From assembly GCA_963716255.1 (NCBI GenBank), contig OY970303.1, positions 480,001-544,000 of the forward strand: DNA of 64,000 nucleotides, given 5' to 3'. The notes beneath the pieces are model-generated. The model did no database searches, was not told the DNA's origin, and was given only the letters and a program-made list of their open reading frames with translations. Each line of letters opens with the position of its first letter. Positions within the stretch are counted from its first letter, which is position 1. The position numbers and the translations under genes are program-made. The stretch comes from an uncultured Gemmatimonadales bacterium. Its GTDB lineage: Bacteria > Gemmatimonadota > Gemmatimonadetes > Longimicrobiales > Longimicrobiaceae. Positions 57,931 to 64,000 of the stretch are shown in pieces.

Positions 57931-59346
57931 TCAGTCGTGCGACTCCGGCGGATGCGCCTCCGCTTCCGGGGCCGGGGCCGGTGTCGGAGCCGGAGTCGCA
58001 GTCGGCGCGGGCTCGGAGCTCGGCGGTGTCGCTCCCGACGCCGTGTCGCCGCCGCCGCTCCCGCCGGCCGCGGAGAAGTCGCGGCGCTGGCGCAGGCTGC
58101 GCGCCTCGTCGGAGTCGGGGGCGGGGGGCGGCGTGGCGGGCAGCTCCGGGACTGCCTGGAAGTTGGCGGGCCGGGTGCGGCGCTCGCCGGTGTCGGCGGG
58201 GAGGAGGCTCTCCAGCTGGTGCTCCGCCACCGGGTTCATCGAGCGGTTGCGGATGTCGCGGACTGCACCCTCGCTCGTCATGCGGTTGAGCTGGATCGGC
58301 TCGGTGTGGAAGTTCACTTCCACGTCGGAGCGCAGCCCGGCCCTCACCGCGATCTCCTCGCGCGAGAACTGCTCGTCGGAGGTCACGTAGCCCACGGTGG
58401 CCTGCATGTTGGCGCTGGCCCCCCACATCCCGGTGCCGAAGGAAGCGCTCCCGCCGGTGGTGACGCGAGTGTCGGCGCGCTCGGCCTTGTTCTGCTCGGC
58501 GGTGCTCCGCGCATCCACCTGCAGGTTCATCGAGGCGTGGATCCGCCCCGCGTCCACCACGATGCGGTTCATCCCCATCAGCAGCATGGTGGAAAGCATC
58601 GCCTGGCGGTCGCGGGCCAGCTTGCGCTTCACCAGCGGGAGGAGCGTCTCCTCCAGCTCGTCCTCCTGGATGGTGGAGACCTCCTCCTCGGTGGCGTCGA
58701 GCGCGCTCTTCAGCTCGTCCTCCTCCGGCATATCCGCGCTCTCGCCCAGTTCCAGGATGGGCGGGGCCCCCTCGGCGGTGACCACGCGGAAGACCGGGAA
58801 GCGCTGCGCCGCCCAGTCCATCGCCCGGCCGGTGGTGATGCTGCTGGCGGCGAACTGGCCGGTGCTCATCCCCACCGCCCCCAGCAGGTCGGCGTACGCC
58901 GTGAGCTGCTGGATGGTGGATGTGTTCATCGCCTGGAAGACGCCCGTGATCAGCGAGGTGACGAAGCCGGGGAAGTCGATGGCGTTCCTGACGTTCTGCA
59001 GCACCCCCGCGGCCGAGTCCACCGCCGTGCGGCGATGGAAGTCGCCCGCCGCCTGCGCCCGGGCGAGCGCCGACTTCCCCGGGTCGGAAGCCGACATCCC
59101 GGCCGCGACCGCAGCCGGCTCCCCGGCGGGAGACGTGGAGAAGGCGGGGGAGGTGGACGACCTCCGGCGGCCGATCTGGTCCGTCAGCCGCCCGTCCACT
59201 TCCATCAGGTCGCAGGCGGTGGCGCAGACGCGCACCATGCTCTCGGCCAGGCGCCGCTGCAGCGCCGGGTCGCGGCGCAGCTCGGGCGTACGCTCGACGA
59301 CGGCGCGGACGGCGCGCCGGACGGTATCGAGCGTCCCACGGCTCAT
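57931..59346 (-). CDS. Uncharacterised paralog family, member 4 (most divergent)
   Basis: IDFPGFVTSLITGVFQA..QQLTAY, MLLMGMNRIVV, VEVNFHTE; ATG abuts the upstream stop. Confidence 0.85.
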   Translation of the reverse strand: MSRGTLDTVRRAVRAVVERTPELRRDPALQRRLAESMVRVCATACDLMEVDGRLTDQIGRRRSSTSPAFSTSPAGEPAAVAAGMSASDPGKSALARAQAAGDFHRRTAVDSAAGVLQNVRNAIDFPGFVTSLITGVFQAMNTSTIQQLTAYADLLGAVGMSTGQFAASSITTGRAMDWAAQRFPVFRVVTAEGAPPILELGESADMPEEDELKSALDATEEEVSTIQEDELEETLLPLVKRKLARDRQAMLSTMLLMGMNRIVVDAGRIHASMNLQVDARSTAEQNKAERADTRVTTGGSASFGTGMWGASANMQATVGYVTSDEQFSREEIAVRAGLRSDVEVNFHTEPIQLNRMTSEGAVRDIRNRSMNPVAEHQLESLLPADTGERRTRPANFQAVPELPATPPPAPDSDEARSLRQRRDFSAAGGSGGGDTASGATPPSSEPAPTATPAPTPAPAPEAEAHPPESHD

Positions 59347-60266
59347 CACGCCGCCCCGGCCGACGCGCCCCAGCTTTCCGCGTCGCGGATGACCGGGGCG
59401 CCCCGCGGGACGCGCACCGCGCCGGCGTCCAGGCGCGCCGCCTCGTCCGCGATCCAGCTGATGATCCGCATCCCCGACTGCGCCCGCGACAGGCGGCCCT
59501 GCACGTCCACCTGCCGCCCCAGGAGGCGGGGCGCGTGCCGGGACACGATCATCCACGGGCTCCCCCCGCCCATCGCCCTCACCACGTCCGCGTTGCGGAG
59601 GATGGAGAGCGCGGACCTCACCTGCGCCACGATGTCGCGCGCCGCGAAGGCCGCGATCCCGACGGCGCGGTTCGACAGCAGCGCTCCCAGTTCTTGCGCC
59701 TGCGCGGCGGCGCGGGCCTCCAGGCTCCCCGTCCCCAGGTCCTGCCTTGACCGGCCGATGGCCCTGAGCGTCTCCGCCAGCGCCTGGAGCTTCGGCTCCA
59801 CCGCGTCGCCCGGCTGCGGCTGCGCGGGGTCGCCCAGGAGGCGGGCGAAGAGGGCGCGCCGCTCGGCGCCGGTGAAGCGGTGGTCGCGCGACCTCCAGAA
59901 GCGGACCAGCTCGTGGACGGCCGCGCCCAGCGGCTCCATGATCGCCCCGGCCGCCACCCCCTGCGCCAGCGCCTCCACCAAGGGGAGGAGCCCGGCGGCC
60001 TCCAGCTCCGCCGCCCAGAAGAGCACCCCCGCAACGCGGAGCTGTGCGTCCACCAGGCGCCCGCCGCTCAGGGGCGGAAGGTCGATGACCCCCAGCGCGG
60101 CGGGACCGTACTGGCCGCGCACCGCCTCCATGTGCCGGGCCAGCAGCTCGTCGCAGTGGTCCAGCCCGGAGAGCTCCGGCGCCGCGTCGGCCACCGCGAG
60201 CGCGGCGGCCTGCGCGCTCCCGGGGACCGGGAAGATCGGGACCTGGGAAAGGAATCGGGAACTCAT
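59346..60266 (-). CDS. Uncharacterised, predicted all-helical protein
   Basis: ATG 60266 overlaps the upstream TGA (ATGA); 306 aa, amphipathic helical pattern. Confidence 0.8.
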   Translation of the reverse strand: MSSRFLSQVPIFPVPGSAQAAALAVADAAPELSGLDHCDELLARHMEAVRGQYGPAALGVIDLPPLSGGRLVDAQLRVAGVLFWAAELEAAGLLPLVEALAQGVAAGAIMEPLGAAVHELVRFWRSRDHRFTGAERRALFARLLGDPAQPQPGDAVEPKLQALAETLRAIGRSRQDLGTGSLEARAAAQAQELGALLSNRAVGIAAFAARDIVAQVRSALSILRNADVVRAMGGGSPWMIVSRHAPRLLGRQVDVQGRLSRAQSGMRIISWIADEAARLDAGAVRVPRGAPVIRDAESWGASAGAA

Positions 60267-61375
60267 TTCTGCGCCCGCTCGTTGACGGACTGGATCTGGA
60301 CGGACGAGGCCATCTTGTCGAGCGGGAAGGTCTCGCTCTTGAAGTTCACGCGGACCTCGCCGGTCAGGTTTGCCTTCATCTGCGCCTTGGACTCGCTGGT
60401 GTCGTCCACGCTCGACGTCACCACCGTCTTGTGCGTCTCCTGCGAGTCGTCGAAGCTGCTGCTGAACCACCCGCCGCCGTCGTGGGTCTGCCTGGCGGTG
60501 TCCTTCTGGTCGTAGAGCGAGGCGCGCGACTGGCGGTTGGCGTTGTCGTTGGCCTTCACGTCAAAGACCACCTTTGCGTTGATCAGCCCGTCGGTCACCA
60601 CGATGCGGTTGATCCCCAGAAGGACCATGGTGGCGAGCTGCTGCTGGCGCATCCTGGCCATCTCCAGCTGCGCCTGGCGCGTCAGCCGCGCCTCGCCCTC
60701 CTCTTCGTCCAGATCGAAGTCCTCCTTGATCCCCAGCGTGCTCTTCACGCCGGCCAGCGCCTTCTCCTCGTCGTCGACCCCGGGGCGCATCCGCAGCCGC
60801 GGCTTGCCGCCGTTCGTGTCGACGGTGAAAGTCTCGGGGAAGCGGTCGCTCAGGTAGTCGCGCGCCTGGTTCTGGGAGATGTGGTCCGAGGCGAACTGGT
60901 CGACGCTCTTGACCACCCCCTCCAGAAGCTTCCCGTACGCCTGCATCTGCCGGATGGAGGAGTCGACGATGGAGGTGAAGACGCCCTCGATCAGCCCCGA
61001 GACGAACTTGGGGAAGTCGACCGAGTCGACCAGCTCCTTGAAGGCTTTGGTCCCGGCCTCCATCGCGCCGGCCTTGAAGTCCCTCCCCACCACGTCCTGC
61101 TTGTTCGCCAGCCGGTCGCCCGTCTTCTCGGCGGCCGTCTTCTTCTCGGCCAGCGACTCGGCGAGCTCCGTCTCCGTCCCCATCGCCCCGGCGAGCTCGG
61201 GCTGCCCGGCCGCGGGGTCGGCCAAAAAGGCCACCACGTCCACCAGGCCCTGCGCAATCCGCCTGCGGTCGGGCTCGGGCATCCGTTTCCAGGCGTCGGA
61301 GCGCTCCAGGAGGCCCTTCACCTCGGAGCGGACCACGTCCTGCCGCTCGGGCGGGAGGTTCTTCAGCGCGGTCAT
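60263..61375 (-). CDS. Uncharacterised paralog family, member 3
   Basis: True start MTALKNLPP at 61375 (ATGA overlap); VDFPKFVSGLIEGVF, GINRIVVTDG, GEVRVNFKSET. Confidence 0.88.
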   Translation of the reverse strand: MTALKNLPPERQDVVRSEVKGLLERSDAWKRMPEPDRRRIAQGLVDVVAFLADPAAGQPELAGAMGTETELAESLAEKKTAAEKTGDRLANKQDVVGRDFKAGAMEAGTKAFKELVDSVDFPKFVSGLIEGVFTSIVDSSIRQMQAYGKLLEGVVKSVDQFASDHISQNQARDYLSDRFPETFTVDTNGGKPRLRMRPGVDDEEKALAGVKSTLGIKEDFDLDEEEGEARLTRQAQLEMARMRQQQLATMVLLGINRIVVTDGLINAKVVFDVKANDNANRQSRASLYDQKDTARQTHDGGGWFSSSFDDSQETHKTVVTSSVDDTSESKAQMKANLTGEVRVNFKSETFPLDKMASSVQIQSVNERAQK

Positions 61376-62544
61376 GCGGTCCCCCGCTGGGCCGGGGCGG
61401 GCGCGGGAGCGCGGGCCGCCGCGGGAGCGCCGGCCGCGGGGGCCGCTCCCGGCTGCGAGAGGTAGTTCATCTGGTCCATCTGCAGCGCGTCCAGCATGCG
61501 CTCGGGCGGGAGGGTCTCGCTCTTGAAGTTCACGCGCACCTCGCCGGTGAGCTGCGCCTTCATCGCCGCCTTCGACTCGCTGGAGTCGTCGATGGAGCTG
61601 CGCACGGTGGTCTTGTGCTTCTGCTGGCTGTAGCCGCCCGCCGCCCCCCAGGGGAGCGCCGCAGTGGCGACGCCGCCCGTCTCGGACTGCGCCTGGTCGT
61701 CCAGGGAGGCCTTCGCATTCCGCCTGGCGTTGTCGCTGGCCTTGACGTCGAAGATCACCTTGGCGTTGATGCGGCCGTTGGTGACCACGATGCGGTTGAT
61801 CCCCAGCATCACCATCAGCGCCATCATCTTCTGGCGCTGGCGGGCCATCTCCAGCTTGGCGGCGGCGATGAACTTCTTCTCGCTTTCGGCGCTTGAAAGG
61901 TCGACCCGCTCCGTCGTCCGCGCGAACTGCTGGAGGCCGGCGGTGTCGCCGTCGCCGTCGTCGCTCGCCTGCATCAGGCGGGAGGTGCCGTCCTCGTCGC
62001 GGGAGATGCGCACGAGCGAGGGGAAGCGCTGCGCCACCTGCTCGCGCGCCTGGTCGTCGGAGATGTGGTCCTCGGCGAACTGGCCGACGGTCTTTGCGGT
62101 GGCGGCCAGGAGCTCGCCGTACGCCTCCATCTGCTGGATGGAGGCGTCGACGATGGCCTGGAAGACACCCTGGATCAGTCCGCTGACGAACGCCGGGAAG
62201 TCCACCGTCTGCACGAGGTTGCCAAACTCCTGCACGCCCTGCCTCATGGCGCCCGCCTCGAAGTCGGTCCCCACCTGGCCTGGCGCCTTGGCCAGGCGCT
62301 TCTTCAGGTCGTCCACCGGCCCCATGGCCTCGGCCATCCCCGCGCTCCCCGGCGGGTCGGCGGCGTCGAGCCACCCCGGGTCCCTGGCGAGGTACGCCGC
62401 CACCTTCACCATGTCCTGGGCGAAGGCCTTCCGGTCCGCGGGGCCCATGGTCTGCCACGCGGCCGACTGCGAAAGGACGTTGCCGACCTCCTGCCGGACC
62501 AGTCCGACGTCGTCCGGCGGGGCCGCGAGGGGCGTCGCGTCCAT
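61372..62544 (-). CDS. Uncharacterised paralog family, member 2
   Basis: VDFPAFVSGLIQGVFQAIVDASIQQMEAY, GINRIVVTNG, GEVRVNFKSET. Confidence 0.9.
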   Translation of the reverse strand: MDATPLAAPPDDVGLVRQEVGNVLSQSAAWQTMGPADRKAFAQDMVKVAAYLARDPGWLDAADPPGSAGMAEAMGPVDDLKKRLAKAPGQVGTDFEAGAMRQGVQEFGNLVQTVDFPAFVSGLIQGVFQAIVDASIQQMEAYGELLAATAKTVGQFAEDHISDDQAREQVAQRFPSLVRISRDEDGTSRLMQASDDGDGDTAGLQQFARTTERVDLSSAESEKKFIAAAKLEMARQRQKMMALMVMLGINRIVVTNGRINAKVIFDVKASDNARRNAKASLDDQAQSETGGVATAALPWGAAGGYSQQKHKTTVRSSIDDSSESKAAMKAQLTGEVRVNFKSETLPPERMLDALQMDQMNYLSQPGAAPAAGAPAAARAPAPAPAQRGTA

Positions 62545-62547
62545 GGA

Positions 62548-63921
62548 TCAGGCCGCCGGCGCGGGGGCGACGGGCGTCTGCGCGGGGGCGGGGGCGGGCG
62601 GGGACGCCGCGGGAGCTCCGGCCGCTGCGGGGGCGCCCGGGGCCGGCGCGCCCCGGCCGGCGCTCTTCACGCGCTCCAGCTTGAAGATGTCGGCCTCGGC
62701 CACCAGCTTGTTGAGGTCCACCGTCTCCGACTTGAAGTTGAGCGACACCTCGCCGCGCAGCTGCCCCTCAGCCGAGACCTCGGCGTTGGTCGCCGTCTCG
62801 GTCATGTTGGACAGCGTGATCACCGGCGTGGTGGTGGTCTGGTCGACCCCGCGCGTCCACCGCGAGCTCTCGCCCGACTTGCTGGACCCGCGGTTCCACC
62901 ACCCGCGCGAGTTGCTCTCGTTGTAGTTCTCCCCGGTCTGCTCCGAGCTCTCGCGCTCCGACTGCGTGACCACGATGTTTCCCTGGTTCTCGTAGTCGAA
63001 GGTCTGCGCGTACGAGTTCATCGTGTCGCGGGCGCGGAAGTCGAAGCGCAGCTTCGCGTTGATCTTTCCGTCCGTGACCACGATCCGGTTGATCCCCATC
63101 AACAGCATGGTCGCCAACAGCGTCTGGCGGCTGCGCGCCAGGTCGTTGCGCGCGGCGGGGACCAGCTTCTCCTCGATGACCTCCTCGTCCAGGTCGTCGA
63201 CGTCCTCGTCCAGCCCCAGGTCGGCGCGGAAGTTGGGAAGCGTCATCCCGCCGGCGTTCGGCCGCGGCCCCACCTTGGGCTGGCCGTCCACGATGTTGAC
63301 CTGCATCAGCGTGGGATACTTGCCCACCAGGTGGTCGCGCGCCTGGTTCTCGGTGACGTTCTGGTCGCGGAAGTCGGAAAGCGACATCGCCACCGACTGC
63401 ACCATCTCGCCGTACGCTTTCATCTGCTGGACGGAGGCGTCGACCACGGCCTGGAAGACGCCCTGGATCAGCTCGGCGACGAAGTTGGGGAAGTTGACCT
63501 CGCGCAGCAGCTCGCCCGCCTGCTGCACCCCCATGGCGATCCCGCTCCCGAAGTCGCCGGCCTTCTTGGGCCCGATGTTGTCGGAACGCCGGGTGGTGGC
63601 GCCGCCGCTCCCCTTCAGGAAGGCGCCGCGGTCGGTGGTCGTCACCCCCGTCTGCCCCTGTCCGGGGCGGCCGGGGATCCCCCCGACGCCGGTCCTGTCG
63701 TCCATGGAGACGGCGAAGGGGTCGCCCCCGCCGCCGCCCTCCGCGGCCACCTGGCTGAGCCGGTTGGCGGCCAGCGTGGCGACGACCGCCTCGGTGTTCC
63801 GGCGGATGCTCTCCTGGTCGGCCGGGGGGAGCGCGTGGTACGACGCGCTCCGCCCCAGCATCTCGCCCACCTGCCGCCGGACCTCGTGGTCCTGTTCGGG
63901 CCGGCTCAACGTGCTCGTCAT
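62548..63921 (-). CDS. Uncharacterised paralog family, member 1 (longest central Ser/Thr-rich segment)
   Basis: VNFPNFVAELIQGVFQAVVDASVQQMKAY, GINRIVVTDG, GEVSLNFKSET; GGAGG SD upstream. Confidence 0.9.
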   Translation of the reverse strand: MTSTLSRPEQDHEVRRQVGEMLGRSASYHALPPADQESIRRNTEAVVATLAANRLSQVAAEGGGGGDPFAVSMDDRTGVGGIPGRPGQGQTGVTTTDRGAFLKGSGGATTRRSDNIGPKKAGDFGSGIAMGVQQAGELLREVNFPNFVAELIQGVFQAVVDASVQQMKAYGEMVQSVAMSLSDFRDQNVTENQARDHLVGKYPTLMQVNIVDGQPKVGPRPNAGGMTLPNFRADLGLDEDVDDLDEEVIEEKLVPAARNDLARSRQTLLATMLLMGINRIVVTDGKINAKLRFDFRARDTMNSYAQTFDYENQGNIVVTQSERESSEQTGENYNESNSRGWWNRGSSKSGESSRWTRGVDQTTTTPVITLSNMTETATNAEVSAEGQLRGEVSLNFKSETVDLNKLVAEADIFKLERVKSAGRGAPAPGAPAAAGAPAASPPAPAPAQTPVAPAPAA

Positions 63922-63957
63922 GGCTCAAGTCCTCCCGGCCGGGTCGACCGGCCGGCG

Positions 63958-64000
63958 TCAGGCGTGGTATGGGTCGGCGTACGCGGGCGCCGCGGCGTGG
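63958..64000 (-). CDS. 3' end of an upstream gene of the same operon (truncated)
   Basis: Frame HAAAPAYADPYHA* ends 36 bp upstream of the next start. Confidence 0.45.
   Translation of the reverse strand, partial: HAAAPAYADPYHA

Noticed and set aside
60263..62458. 731-aa ORF as listed in the track
   Set aside because: The N-terminal half is an off-frame overlap of 61372-62544; the real gene starts at 61375.
57931..63921. Interpretation as T6SS/eCIS/phage tail tube or sheath genes
   Set aside because: No Hcp, gp19, sheath, VgrG, PAAR or baseplate motifs recognised; remote homology cannot be excluded without a structure search.

Overview
High-GC bacterial window. The lineage is inferred from gene style as probably Gemmatimonadota (Longimicrobium-like); this is not proven. 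Left third (1-20708, minus strand, continuing past the left edge): a hybrid lipopeptide cluster made of FAAL-ACP-C-A-T-C, a stand-alone SyrP/TauD-type beta-hydroxylase, an interface-like C-A(Glu-type code)-T module, a PKS (KS-AT-KR with an inserted DH-ACP-degenerate E), and a DCL-type NRPS. Middle: mostly ordinary genes (L,D-transpeptidase, two tandem Ser/Thr kinases, plsC, thiL, YtrA-type GntR/ABC, acnA, orphan groES, CDF, lgt, PAP2). It also holds two tRNAs with AT-richer, immunity-like neighbours (LRR-Roc-COR-2TM; DUF4062), a defensin-like peptide gene, and intergenic repeats whose stems co-vary. Right quarter (50774-64000, minus strand, continuing past the right edge) is the best candidate for an undescribed system. 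It is a tightly coupled operon with four paralogs of one uncharacterised family, each carrying a long, roughly symmetric Ser/Thr-rich segment with a Trp near its midpoint (predicted beta-hairpin). The operon also encodes a helical partner, an Ig-rich 1038-aa protein, and a ~1310-aa polyenzyme (papain-like protease, alpha/beta-hydrolase, three peptidoglycan hydrolases). All domain calls come from motifs read by eye; no searches were run.
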